Part shown: piece after piece, positions 25,270 through 38,196 of the stretch
Numbering within the stretch: the stretch's first letter is position 1
Layout of the letters: each line of letters begins with the position of its first letter
Assembly: GCA_030141605.1 (NCBI GenBank)
Contig: JAQGDQ010000750.1
Span: forward strand, 1 to 64,000
Length of the DNA: 64,000 nt
Source: Tubiluchus corallicola
Taxonomy: Eukaryota; Animalia; Priapulida
Direction of reading: 5' to 3'
Made by a program: the position numbers and the translations under genes
Notes under the pieces: model-generated
Seen by the model: only the letters and a program-made list of their open reading frames with translations
Told to the model about the DNA's origin: nothing
Database searches by the model: none

Positions 25270-25805
25270 TATTATCATTATCGTATATATTAATTCTACT
25301 GGTACGGTCTTAATATATAAAATTCGAGGCTACAGCTCCAACGACGCCACCATTTGCGGCGATCTATACATCAAAAGAAAGGTCTCCATCTAGTGTCGTG
25401 CCGTTGGGGGTTAATTTTTCGAATCGAAAGAATTAACTAAACTTTCAAGAGGAAAATTAGGAGCATCGCTAAATTCTCCCAAGACTAACCACGAGAATCT
25501 GTACTGTGACATCACAAAATCGTTTAAAACATTTTCGACGGTTTTAATTAAATTTATTTCCAACATTAAAGCATACAAATTCTGTAATATAAAGATTTAA
25601 ATTTCGTAAACACAAGTAGTAATTCAATACAATTCGATTACTAGAAAATGTTATGGACTTTACACGACTGAACAAAATGAATTTGTAAAATAAACAACAG
25701 CGGGTAAAATTAATGGTTTTTGTAAGAAAATGAACAATTTTTCCTAAAAATAAGACAACAAATAGAAAGGGTCTCCAAAATTAAAAGAAAAATTTTAGCC
25801 TAATC

Positions 25806-25954
25806 TTAGCATAAGTCAAGCATTTTACATGCTATGCTAGTGAATTCATATCCAATAACACGCTTAGGATTCCGGAAACCACATTGCAAGCTTATGGATT
25901 TCCACTCGTCCTCCAGAGACCAGAGTAGATGCTTGTCGCAGACCAACCGCGAAC
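25806..25954 (-). CDS. Nested antisense gene, coding exon 2: LRR C-terminal cap-like (GSRLVCDKHLLWSL...QCGFRNPKRVIG...LDLC*)
   Basis: ttttctag acceptor, phase 1 matches exon 1, LRRCT-like C/W/P spacing, TAA stop, minus-strand AATAAA near 25553-25558. Confidence 0.75.
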
Positions 25955-27016
25955 CTAGAAAATAAAATCCTCGTTAGCCATAGGCGTACGGTTAAGGGAG
26001 GTGATTGCCTTCCCACAGCTGCAATTGGGAGTTCTTTGTGTGACGAATTGTCTACAAATTTTAATAATTATAACGCTATGATAATGCCTGCTATCAGTTT
26101 TAGCTCACTAAACCTCATAAGTCCATTATTCGCTTGCTAAGCACGCACTCCTCAATGTGCTGGCAAAGTTATAGACATGTTTGCAAGAGGAAAGCGTAAT
26201 CTGGGTCACCATTATTTCTTTTGAATTTGTCAAACGTTGGAAAAACTATTGTGAAAGTATTTGCATGTTTGTTCATGTTCAGTGAAAATGCAAATCTTTG
26301 ACTTGTGTCTTGTTAGACTAGTGATTTCTTCATAAAGGATATTTATTATAATTTGGTGTTCTTGCATTTATTTATTGTTACTTTTGCAATTGCTATATGG
26401 TGTGACTTCAGGAGCTGATCGTCTCCCCCTGCTCAAATTAGAGCAACTTGGAAAATTTTCAGAGCAAATTTATTGTACCGCCACCTTGTGAAACTTCCTT
26501 CCGTATGCCTATGTTGCTAGCATTTCTGTAATGAGTAATTTTAATAAAACATTCTGCCACATGAAACATTTTGAAAGCTTGTTAAGAACAAATCTGGCAG
26601 AATTTGGTTTTAGTAATTTCTTTGATTTTTTGCTTAGTCACTTCCTGTTAGCTGGAGGTTTGTTGTTCACCCACTGAATTAAACAGTAAAATACATGCAT
26701 AAATTTACAGATATTTATTAGTTTTAGATTTACCCTGAGTAAATAAAGCAAAAAATACAATCTGCAAATAACAAAACTTCCTGGTAATACAAGTTATAGC
26801 AGCACGCCGGGAAGGGGAGCTAGCTGTTTCAAACCTCCCCCGCACGAATTCTGACTAAACAAACCCGAGGCCCTTAACGACTGTTTACCAACCTGATAAC
26901 AGTTTCTTTTTTATGATTTTTAAAGGCAAGTATCTTTTTAAAAAGGAGATTTTTCAATGTTTACTAAAGATTTTTTCCACATTTTGTCACTTCTGCTTGC
27001 CAAAGATGAAACTTAC

Positions 27017-27674
27017 CTTTAACTGTTATACTAACTTGAGAAGTGGAGCGACTTGGGTGTAGCAGAGGTTTCTCGATGCTCTTTACATCCGTTACATACA
27101 AGTTAGAGAAGTTTGGATGTTGAGTCAAATCCAAGGCAGGAATCTTCAAATCTTGACTGCCAAAGGCAATACTTATTATTCGTAGAGCAGTTACTTTAGC
27201 AAAAGCTTGTGGGTGTATGTGCAAGAGCTCTTTATTAAAAGTGAATGAAAGATGTCCAACGGTACCTACAATAGCATTAGCAGGCAAGGTAGTGAATTTA
27301 CCTAAGTTTATAGACAATCCACGCACTGATTTGCCGGTAAAATTCATTTTGAAAGGATCTCCACCTGCGGATTCGCTGGTTGCGAAGCGTTCGATTTTCA
27401 GGTACTCTGTAGGCTGAGGAAGCTTATCAGCTATATTCTGAATATCCTCGGGTTTCAAGCAATAACCTTCATATGGTGTTCCCGGGTAGCACTTTGGTTC
27501 TTGATAGTTTGGTCTGCAGACTATAGTACAATTGTCTCCATTGTAATAGAGTGTGATATGAAAGCACAAATGATGGTCAATCTTTTCACAAAAGGCTGAA
27601 AACCCTGGCTGAATGCACATCACAACAATAATAAATGCACCACAAAGGATTATAGAAACTTCAGGTGCCTTCAT
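27017..27674 (-). CDS. Nested antisense gene, coding exon 1: signal peptide, Cys-rich cap, degenerate LRRs
   Basis: 219 codons from ATG; hydrophobic N-terminus (IILCGAFIIVVMCIQPGFSA), LRR-like FTTLPANAI and LHIHPQAFAKVTALRIISI; AAG|GTAAGT donor at 27017/27016. Confidence 0.8.
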
Positions 27675-28270
27675 CTTAGTGCAAACAAGTCAACAAATTA
27701 AGTTAGTACGCTTGACTGTCTTCGAAACGGATATTGAAGGTAGGAGACACAAGTTTCAACTGAGCAAAAATTAGAATGTTTATGATGAATGTCAGACAAT
27801 GCTGTACCGTAACTATGACAACATGACGTAATAATGTCTCTGCCCAACTGGAAAAGCTAAGTCAAAACTATGCTATAGTTGCAAATGTTCAGGTTTACTT
27901 TCTTAAAATAAGATTCAATCATTTTTATTAGCGGCAATGATTGCTATTGAGTTTCTTTAAAAATTGAATGTTTAGGATCCAGATTTTAGTGTCGGGATCA
28001 TAATGACCCCGATCTCAAACACCCCTGTTAGTCTTCTCTCCTCGCCTCTATCATATTTCTTTTCCATTTTTCTTCCTCTCCCCCTGTTTCAATCACTCTC
28101 TCTTTCAATCTCTCTATCTCTTCTGTCACTATAGCTCTTCCTCTGTATGTTCTATTTCTCTCTCTTCTCCCCTCTCTGTTTCTTTCCATATTCCTCTTCT
28201 TCTCTGTCTGTCCTTCGCTTCCTCTCTTTCTCTCTCCCTCCCTCCGTCACTTTCGAGATTTTTTCTGCCA

Positions 28271-28628
28271 ATGAAGTCCTTTGAGTTATGATTGAAGTAC
28301 AATGGCAATGGTTTGCTGTAGGATCTTCTAACCCTGAGTCCAGTTCACCTTTGGCAAAGGGTCGATTACTTATATGTACTTGAGAGACTAATGCTGTATT
28401 ATTGCGCACGAAATAGTAGCATTTTGTTAGTGAACTATCACCTTGAGTAAGAAAGAGTCATTAATAAAAGAAATTGAGTTTAGATTTAAATTTAGAATTT
28501 GTTCATTTTTAAAGACATAGTCCATGTAAGAATTCATACAATATAAAATTTTAAAAAGCTACTGCCATAAGACAATAAAACATGGAAAAGTGCTATAGAT
28601 GCCAAAACATTAAAAATGGTTTTGTTAA
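28271..28628. repeat. Interspersed repeat of about 350 bp; direct copy of 22755-23109
   Basis: near-identical sequence. Confidence 0.8.
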
Positions 28629-28957
28629 TAGAGTGTATAGAAATTTTGTTGGACCTGATTAACTGTATTATATAAGGTGCTTGCTGCCACAATAAATGTT
28701 TTTCTGTATCGTTTCGTCGCATTTTTGGAAGGAGAAATTGCATTTGCATCTCGTGTGAAAAGCGCCATTGACATTTGTACATTGACTTCAATTGAACTAA
28801 TCCCGACAATAAAAATACTTCTGTTTCCATCTGATTGCCCGGGTTATTTTTTTTTGCACACCCAGCCGGGAATTTTATAATTTTTTTGTACTTTTATATA
28901 CTTTTTTGACGTAATCACAGAAAAGCTTATTTTTTAAATTTAAAACGTAAAACGCAG

Positions 28958-29300
28958 TAATTATTATAACATCGTTCTTTCGGGGAACGCAGAACGTATG
29001 TTTTCCACGGCTATCTCTTCATTTATGTCTTCCCTTCCCACAAGATCTTCACCGACTCTTCTTTTCAGGTGTCCATACCATCGCAATCTTGCGAGGCTTC
29101 CACTACTTTTACTGTTCCTCTGATATTATTATTTCTAATTTTATCTCTTCTTGTTATTCCCACCATCCGTCTCAACATCCTCATCTCCGCCACATCCATT
29201 TTCTTCTCTTCGGTCTTCTTTAGAGAAGCTGCTTCCAGCCCATAGATTAGAGCGGGTCTGACCACTTCTTTATGGACTTTCCCTTTAAGCCTCACCGTGA
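28958..29300 (-). mobile_element. RTE-clade LINE 3' fragment
   Basis: LKGKVHKEVVRPALIYGLE..AEMRMLRRMVGITRRDKIRN then RLRWYGHLKRR in another frame; typical RTE ORF2 C-terminus. Confidence 0.85.
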
Positions 29301-30373
29301 GCAATCTCCATGATCTATTACTGGAAAAAAAGGCATAGTCTGGGTGGGGGAGGTGTCCTGTCTTCAGTGGACACTCGGCCGGCAACACAAGAACACGTTT
29401 TTCTGTAGTTAGCTCTCGTGTGTTGAACTGGTAGTTTTCTAGTGACGAATATTGTTTCTAGATTAGCAATGTGGTCGCAAACACTTTGCGAAAGGAGGGA
29501 ACGGTGACACCCCTTCATCAAGAGTTGAAAATTTTGGTAAAATTTACTACAGTGCCAGTACTGGCACCAATTGAGAGAATTCAAATTTTGTTCTTAGAAA
29601 AGTTTGCCTTTCAGTTATTTTGTTACAGTTTTCCTTTAATAATTTCATTGAATTTTTTTTGTTTACGTTTATTATTTGTCTGTTTTGTTCTTTTAGGCTT
29701 TATTTTCCTAATAACTGGAATACAGTTTTTTTACATGAAGAAAATTTGGTTAAGCACTTTAGTTGTGCCATGTTGTTTGGCATAATTTTGAAAATTAGGA
29801 TTTGTGTTTTGTTTATTTGATTACTGTTTATTATTATTATTCATATAACTTTTCGCATAATTATTCACATAACTCATTATTATTCACGTAACTAGTAATT
29901 TTTATTGTTCACATTAACTTCAGGCTAATTTAGGTATCTATTGCTAGCTTTTGTATTCAGTAGTCTCGATAGCTGGCGGTAGGTGTCAGCACTAGTTTGT
30001 TTGTACTCCATGGTCTTATTGCAATAATGTCTTTCAAGTTGTCCTCTTGGACTACTAGTTTGCTGGTTTTCACTTGTCAAATTTCAAATTGTTAAATCAA
30101 GCTAATGTCTCGAAGATGAAAATTTCTGTAGCAGTAAGTTTTAATTATTGTTTTTAGGCTTATTTTGTGTTGTTTATTTTTTATTTAAAAAAAATTCGGT
30201 AGAAATTTGTTTTTTGTTTTGTTTACATAACGATTATTGTTAGTTATTAGTGTTAGTTTATTATTGTTAGTTAACAGCTAAAAAACCAAAATAAGTCAAA
30301 GTAAAATTTCAACCTGCATTGCATCTGAAGCATTGCATTGCATTCGTAAGAAGCATTCGTTTTTGTTGCAATA

Positions 30374-30863
30374 CAGGGATGAGAATTTTCCCCGGATACG
30401 CGGAATTCCGAGCTTTTGGAAGACCAGTAGTGCCATTTTTGTAAATCGCGTAAATTCGTTGAGAAAATGTTTACGGACCCAGTACATTATTTCACAAGCT
30501 GCCCGCTAGTTGGCAGGGGGTCACTTTGTTTACATCACGTACATCAGTGTAACCACGTGTATATCTCTATGTATAAAAATATAGAATCAATTGTGCGGAG
30601 TTATTTGAGTCAATTGCAGACAGTTTTTGTATACTTTTGCATAGGAGCGGCCAGTACTTAGGTTTGAGACAATTAGGTATCATGTATCCTTGATAGTTGG
30701 GTATTTTAAATTATGCATGAAACAAGGTAACTGATATTTTAAGTCCACTTAGAGGCTCTCTATGGTCACAAAATTGCAATTTGTTGCTGGCTCCAAGGGG
30801 GCTTTGCCCCTCAACTCCATTGGGGGTCCAAAACCCCGGCCAGTTTTGTTATTCTCATCCCTG
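30374..30863 (+). mobile_element. MITE with TIR CAGGGATGAGAAT, second copy
   Basis: TIRs, TGCAATA on both flanks. Confidence 0.82.
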
Positions 30864-30980
30864 TGCAATACTTTCATTATAAATTAAAATGATTCACTGC
30901 GATCTGTTATGATTGAACTCAGTTTGCTGGTTTTTCTTCCCAGTTGTTCCGGATTGTTAATGTCCGTTTCTTCCTACCAG

Positions 30981-31147
30981 GTGCCCGCAACGCAGACACC
31001 GGAGCCCGGTTGGCTTGCCGGAGAAGTAGACGGCAAGACGGGATGGTTCCCGGAAGCCTACGCAGATAAGATCAATGAAGAGCCTCAAACTCCGGATACA
31101 ATCACGCGGGATTTTCTTTCCGCTGCTTCTCAGGAACCTAGTCTGGG
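30981..31147 (+). CDS. ITSN1: Intersectin SH3A C-terminal half (PEPGWLAGEVDGKTGWFPEAYADKI), phase 0-2
   Basis: accag acceptor, gtgagt donor; matches ITSN1 [25 protein letters not shown]. Confidence 0.94.
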
Positions 31148-31252
31148 GTGAGTTTAGTCTCTTTTCCATTTTTTTGTAAGTTCATATGCTTCCGTATGAC
31201 ACAGTCATAGAAAAGCTTATTTTTTTAATTCTTCTTTGTAAAGTTGTTGATG

Positions 31253-31906
31253 AAATGTGCGCTTGCAAACCAAAACTGTCCATAAGTCGGCATAGTTAAA
31301 ACTACGCTATGATGGTTCAAAGAAGAGTGCCCCAAAAATTTGTTCAAATGTCAGTTTTTTTGTTTTCTGTAAAAACAAATGCTAAATATATTGGAGTTTT
31401 ATATTTTAGCATCAAATTGTCAAGAAAATGTTCAAAAATGCTAAAAATTTAATTTTATAACTCCTTACCCACTTCTGACTAGAAACCAGTAATGCAATTG
31501 TAAAAAACTTGTATTTTCAAACTCATATACCTCGTGGAAGCAGCCATTTTGCTTCCTGGTTTTACTGTTGCCAAACGCAGATCTTTTTCAGGAAGAGCCA
31601 CCTACTGGATTTAAACATAACTTCAATGTGTTCTTGTAAAGTCCATAGCAACCAACTATTGTGCGGTTGCTAAGTGTTTTGTAGAAACACGACAAAAACA
31701 ATGGCTGTCTTTAGCAACGATTTTCTCAAGATTATGTTTTTAACTGCATAGCCTGCACCTCAACTTCAATGTGGATTATGTGAGCTTAGAAATAACATAG
31801 AGCGATGAACTTGGTATCAAAATGATCCTCATGAAATAGAGATTCAGGATATTTAAATAGCTTTATAGCCGACTTATGAACGATTTTGCTATGCAAACAC
31901 ACAAAT
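31253..31906 (+). mobile_element. Second copy of the 13228-13920 family
   Basis: colinear similarity over about 650 bp. Confidence 0.72.
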
Positions 31907-32347
31907 GTTGTTTATTTTAAATTTGAAATCTGTTAATGCATTTAAATAATTTCAAGATATTTTAGTATCATTTCAACTGTGATTATTTTCTTCAACCTCT
32001 GGACTGAAATGCACTGTCAATTTTTTCTCGCATTTTACCAGCACCACACCCGGGTTGAGATATTTTTCACAGTGTCTAGACAGTGAATCACACAACTATC
32101 ACTTGATTAGTTGCATTGCAATATGGTACCCTGACATTTTTTTATCAGTTTTTGTGTCGTGCCGTTGCATGTCTAGAGTATCCGATTTTCCATTTCAAAA
32201 TTAACCAAATTTCATTTCAAAGAATCGTCAGTTCGGTTTCAATTCCACTTCACAGTAATTAGAGGCCACATGGCCCTGTAACTAGTATTTATCATTAAAT
32301 TATGTGATGAACGATGGATTGTCATTAAAAAATAAATTTCATATGTA

Positions 32348-32686
32348 CAGTCGACCCTCATTAAACCGGACCCCGTTAGCCCGGATATCGGATAAGACGG
32401 ACGTCATCCGTGGCAAAGGAAACTGACCGATTTCCGCCCGAGCCGGAGCGCTAAACACAACATGGCCTACCAACTGTACAATAATTTCTTTATCCTCACA
32501 GGTTAACTATTTTAAAGTAATATACAGTATAGTATATAGTGCACAGTATATAGTGCAATGTATATAGGCCTTATTAAGGTGATTATTCCTGTATAATATA
32601 GACTATATATAGGCACATCGGATAAATCAGACAATCGGCTAAACCGGACCCCCCCCCCATTAGTCCGGTTTAACGAGGGTTGACTG
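32348..32686. mobile_element. Tigger/pogo-like MITE
   Basis: TIR CAGTCGACCCTCATTAAACCGGAC / GTCCGGTTTAACGAGGGTTGACTG, TA TSD. Confidence 0.82.
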
Positions 32687-32981
32687 TATTAAGTATCTAG
32701 CCTATCAGGTATTTGTATATGGCTAAAATAAAATAAGAATGCCAACATTTAATTCGCACACAAAAGTTACAGAACAATATCCCATCATATTCGTACAAAT
32801 CATCGGGAAATTACCTGGCTAGCTGTCACACGCATAACATTGTTAAATTTAAGTTTCTAGTTAAATTTAAGTTTATGTTAAGGCTGTCACACGCGAAGTA
32901 ATTATGAGACAAACTTTGTGACAGTAAAGATCACGTGATGTTTGTACACACTAGTGATTTTTTTTGTGTAATTATATGTAG

Positions 32982-33120
32982 CGAAATCCCGGAAAAAACA
33001 GAGGAAACGTCATTGACGCCTGTGGTTGCCCCGGAAACGTCTCCTATGCCTGATAATGCTGCAGTGTCGCCATCTACTGAGGGTTTTAGAGAAGCGGCTA
33101 ACACTTCATCTCAGAAAAAG
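32982..33120 (+). CDS. ITSN1: Intersectin SH3A-B linker exon (EIPEKTEETSLTPVVAP...SQKK), phase 2-0
   Basis: tag acceptor, aag|gt donor, open frame bridging phase 2 to 0. Confidence 0.75.
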
Positions 33121-33737
33121 GTTTTTTTGTTATGTTTCATACACTATCGTTATCATAAAAGAATAATTGTACTGCAGTGGGCTAGAGAAGCAAAGGCTTG
33201 TATAAGTCCACTGTCATGTGAACCCAATAAAAAAAGAATGGATGAGTGAACAAAAAAAAGAACTGGGAGAAAGGTTAGATCACACAGGAAGGGTAGAAGG
33301 ATGTGTTAGTGGAAATGGTAGGAAGAAAGATAATACATTGTGCTATGTTGACATCAGCTCTAAAGATTTATCAATGATGCCTTGTTTTGCATAATCTGTA
33401 CCAGGATTGTGGTATGACTGCTGCAGTAGGTGTAGGAAATTAGGAAGTGTTGTACTTGTTGAGAATCATTGCTCTGTATTTCTTTTTAAATTTTTGAATT
33501 GGCTGAACAGTTTTTAATTCATCATTTATGTCATTCCGTAGCCTTGAACCAACATTTGCAATGAATTGGAAAGGTTGGAAAGAGACTTCTGTACTGCAAA
33601 TCCGTGTTAGTTCTTTTCCGTGGCGTTAATTACGCAACGTAGAATAGCAGAATTGAATATTAGTTTATCTTATCTTACTGTCATTGCCATTGTCTCTCTA
33701 CATGCTGACTGAGCATGTATTTACGTATTTTTTCCAG

Positions 33738-33890
33738 CCTCAGACCACTCCCGCACCGGAAGGCTTACAGGCTCAGGCGGTTCATCCGTGGAAAGCCAAG
33801 AAGGACAATCATCTCTCATTTAGCAAAGGAGAAATCATCAACGTCAAGTATCAGCAGGACATCTGGTGGTCGGGTGAGCTAGACGGAAAG
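33738..33890 (+). CDS. ITSN1: Intersectin SH3B exon ([25 protein letters not shown]...WWSGELDGK), phase 0-0
   Basis: ttccag acceptor, gtacgt donor; close to ITSN1 SH3B [21 protein letters not shown]. Confidence 0.96.
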
Positions 33891-34914
33891 GTACGTGCAC
33901 GCTTTAATTCGATTCAGTTTAATTTTATTCTTCACTCACTGAGTAAAACTAAAAATTTCCGGTGAACTTTCATTCGAATAAAAATTTGAAGACAAAGTGC
34001 AGGTACAGGGTTGCCCTAAAGAGTTGTTCTGTTAGAAAGTTTTCTGGCACCTAACAGGAACCAGAAGGATTACTTTAAGACCAGGTTTCAGGGTCCCACG
34101 GTCAGGGAAAACCCTTGAAAATGAAAGCTATCCTGGAAAGTCAGGGAAAAAGATAATTTGATGAAAAGTCGGGGGAAAATGATGAAATTGGGGCGAAAAG
34201 TCAGAGAAATTGGAAAGGTTTGCAAAAATAATCACCGTGAGCGGATATTTTTCCAAACACATTTTTCAGTGATTCGTGTTCAAATAAAATTTTGCTTTGA
34301 CAGGCTGCCACTTTCAATTTCTGTTCCAGAAATAACGATTGGTTTAAGAAAGTTTATTTAACGTGATTAGTGTAATTTCGTTAGCACTGCTGCAACTGTG
34401 TCGACACATTATATATCAGTATATGTATGAATGTCCACACACCAAAATGTTTGAATACGTATACTGGTAATGCAATCAATTTCTGCTTATCTTGGTCGTG
34501 GAAAATCAATATTTGGTCAGGGAAAACTCCTGGAAATGTCAGGGAAATTTATTCTAAAATTTTGTGGAAACACAGACTGGTTTATACGGTTCTGGAAAAT
34601 CCTCTTGCCTTTTTGTTTGGGATAACGTAGTAAGTGTCGCAGCATCCTTGAGCGACATAGTCTACTTCTTCGTTAGGCTTCGTTAGGCTTAGTTAATTAA
34701 TTTTTTGATCTAAACAGAAGACTGCGTCATCGCATTCTAATATACACTATTTTTTCACACACAAGGGATACGACATTTTAGATACGTAGTATAAAAATAT
34801 TGCTGTTTTATCATGTATTTTTGAGTCTTTGTTTTTAATTACTAATATACTAATTAATACCGTATAAAAACAAGTACTGTAAGTAATACAACTATAATAT
34901 GCCGGCATTATAAC

Positions 34915-35600
34915 TGTCATATAATTGTTGTTTTTTCATAACTTCTTGTTTATGTATGTAGTTTATGTATGTAGTTTATGTAGATATTATAATTGTCATA
35001 TAGAATTATTGCTTTTTTCATAACTTCCTGCTTATGTATGTTGTTTATGTATGTAGTTTATGTAGATATTATAATTGTCATATAGAATTATTGCTTTTTT
35101 CATAACTTCCTGCTTATGTATGTTGTTTATGTATGCAGTCTATGTAGATATTATAATTGTCATATAGAATTATTGCTTTTTTCATAACTTCCTGCTTATG
35201 TATGTTGTTTATGTATGTAGTTTATGTAGATATTATAATTGTCATATAGAATTATTGCTTTTTTCATAACTTCCTGCTTATGTATGTTGTTTATGTATGT
35301 AGTTTATGTAGATATTATAATTGTCATATAGAATTGTTGCTTTTTTCATAACTTCCTGCTTATGTATGTTGTTTATGTATGTAGTTTATGTAGATATTAT
35401 AATTGTCATATAGAATTATTGCTTTTTTCATAACTTCCTGCTTATGTATGTTGTTTATGTATGTAGTTTATGTAGATATTATAATTGTCATATAGAATTG
35501 TTGCTTTTTTCATAACTTCCTGGTTATATATGTTGTTTATGTATGCAGTCTATGTAAATATTATAATTGTCATATGACTGTTGCTTTTTTTATAATTTTC
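34915..35600. repeat. 82-bp AT-rich tandem repeat, about 8 copies
   Basis: tagatattataattgtcat at 34981, 35063, 35145... Confidence 0.94.
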
Positions 35601-35847
35601 TGCTTGCATATGTAGTTTGCATTGTACATTTTCAGTATCTTCATACTTCATTATTTAAATTGTACTTTTTGAAGGCCCTAATAAAACATGAAATATGAAA
35701 TATACAAAATTACTAATAAAAGAACTGAAGCACCACTTGGCTGTTTGTTCAAATTCATTGAATTGACCAGATTTTAGGGCAAATGCATTTTAAAGTGTTT
35801 TAAAACGCAAAGAAAACGTTGTTCCAATTAGTAATTTTTATTTTCAG

Positions 35848-35912
35848 ATTGGCTGGTTTCCCAAATCCTACGTAAAGCTGATCTCCGCACCGAGGAGGCA
35901 CACGTCACAAGG
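35848..35912 (+). CDS. ITSN1: Intersectin SH3B end (IGWFPKSYVKLISAPRRHTSQG), phase 0-2
   Basis: tttcag acceptor, gtaaag donor; GWFPKSYVKLIS as in ITSN1. Confidence 0.94.
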
Positions 35913-36108
35913 GTAAAGATTCTTAAATTTGTTTTGAATTGTAGTAGTGCATTAAAGACTGGTTCACACTTGTGTCTCTTGTACTCTTATCCGTGTTTTT
36001 GTCCTCTCTATCACTTCGATATTTTTTTACACGAATCTTTCTGTTTCGCACTTTTTTTTTCTTAAACGCACTTTTATCTTTGTTTTCGTTTGGTTAATTT
36101 TTGCATTA

Positions 36109-36110
<2 letters not shown>

Positions 36111-36164
<54 letters not shown>

Positions 36165-36414
36165 CATTTAAAGTCGGCTTTTGGGTCAACAATTAACATT
36201 AGCTCAAAGAGCTATTATCACCGACTGTAAATAACAACCTACAACTGCATAACAGAGACTTGTATTACCCCACTTTTACCCTGAATACCACGCGTCAGGC
36301 AGGGCAATGGCAGGTACCATTTTTAAGTCTTTGGTATGACCCGGCCGCTGGTTCGAACTCACGACCTCCCAGACGGAAAGCAGACGCATTACCGCTAGAC
36401 TAAACCGTCTGGTC
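36111..36414 (-). mobile_element. tRNA-derived SINE with (TTA)n tail
   Basis: A box TAGTCTAGCGG, B box GTTCGAACC, core GGGTCATACCAAAGACTTAAAAATGGTACC, ATT microsatellite tail, ATTAAT on both flanks. Confidence 0.8.
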
Positions 36415-37012
36415 ATTAATGCTTTCTGTCTTTGCTAAATTGACCAATGCTGGTACGGTAGATGCAGAGGCACGTAAAGGTACAAAATACGCGCGTCATG
36501 TTTGGCTTCTTTCGTCAACACTTTCTCAAAAACAGATCGTCATCGACTGACGACCATCATTACTTCTGGCGGATTGGCGGTAAGGTGAATTGGACTCATG
36601 TTTGACCCGTATGTCAAAACGGTGCGCGTCTACATGCAGGACGATGTATGTGTACCTGTACTAAGTATGGTGATGCCTGCGCACGAATTTATCAAAACAG
36701 ACGGCAATTTAAGGTTCATTTGTTTAAAAGCGTATTAGGAAATGCCAGTTATAGTTAGTTTTATATAATTGGTTAATTAAGTTGTGGTCAATACACAATC
36801 ATTGGTCGTAAAGTCGAACGGACGTAAGTTGCTCAAGTCGTAAGTCGACAACTTCCTGTACCGGTACATTTAAATTTTTTTTGTGGACATTGGGATTGTG
36901 TTTTTGTTCCAAGGCGCCATCTATAAAAATTTTTAACAATGTTCTGCTTTATCTTTAATGCTGTTCAAGATAAAAAATTGTTCAACACAGGAACGTAATT
37001 AGCACTGATGAG

Positions 37013-37545
37013 TAGGGTTACCGTACATCCGGGTTTCCCCGGACACGTCCTCTTTTTAGGCCTCTGTCCGGGCGAGTTTTCAAAAAATCAGCAGTTTGTC
37101 CGGGTTTTGCCTCAATCCGTAAGTATGTACGGACGTTGCCAACTGCAGAGGCGTACGACAGTACGAGACAAAGAAAAGCTCGTTAATTTTCAATACAAGA
37201 TGTTGCTAACATCTCAAAATGCAACCCTTGTAAAAGCTTTGTGTACATATTTACTGAACAAAAGTAAGCGATGCGCACATCACTATGGGTCACACGACTC
37301 ACACCGCTGTCGATACTCGGCGTATTCGCTAACGACTTAAAATGGCATCAGCTTCCGGAAGCCATTTTGTTTGTTTTTATGTGAATTTCTTTAAATTTGT
37401 GTAGTTTCGCTGTTTTGCAGTTTTGAGCAACTTGTAAAAGTTAATTAGAAAGTAGCAATGCCGAAACGACAGCGTGCATTTACAGACGAAATGAAGGCCA
37501 AGTACCCGTGTCCTCTTTTTCAACTCAGACAATATGGTAACCCTA
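37013..37545 (+). mobile_element. hAT internal-deletion derivative retaining the transposase start
   Basis: TIR TAGGGTTACC, 8-bp TSD CTGATGAG, MPKRQRAFTDEMKAKYP near 37458. Confidence 0.85.
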
Positions 37546-38196
37546 CTGATGAGGCGCTTTAGAACATTTAAGAGAGCCGTCGCCAAATTAGCCGTTGATT
37601 GCTTTGATCTCATCTCTGACACCCGTGCATAATTCCATTTGTAACTTGGTCCTAAAACATTTGACAGATCCCTTCCAAAAAGACATTACTGTGAAACGCA
37701 TGTATGAGGTTGTAGTTGAACACTTTGTAGAAAAAGAATAAAACACTGTACTACATATTTGCACAAAACTGAAAGTGTTTATTAGACTGCATACACATAT
37801 GTAGAATGACTGAACACTGAGGACAAGAGTGTCCTGCACTGCACTGAGAGTGAGAGTTAGACAGTTGTGTAGCACGACTAGCATGACTCCTGCACTGCAC
37901 TGAGAGTGAGACAGTGACTAGAAGTGAAATCCAGCCAGTATATATAGGTAAAGGTAATTATACAAACTTGGCTTCACAAATACCATTACAGTAAAATAGG
38001 GAGAGATCCAGTGAGTATGCATATTCACTGGACCGAACAATTATACTAGGGGTGAGTTTAGCTAGTAAAATGTAAAGTGATTAGTCAATAGATGGCAGCA
38101 CCTAAAAATATACAGTTACAACTTCCACAGTTAGCGATTATCTCTTGTTTCTGTCAGTCCAGCATAGTACGAAGCTAACAGAGTTTTTTGTAACAG

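Noticed and set aside
25308-25650. Helitron-like 5' end (tcttaatatataaaa...)
   Set aside because: No convincing 3' hairpin-CTAG end or second copy found.
26964-27016. C-terminal 17 aa of the 236-aa ORF
   Set aside because: Begins at a consensus GTAAGT donor; likely intron read-through, and the spliced form supplies the LRR cap.
36335-36414. tRNA gene on the minus strand
   Set aside because: A/B boxes present but no clean acceptor stem; continues into SINE core and tail.
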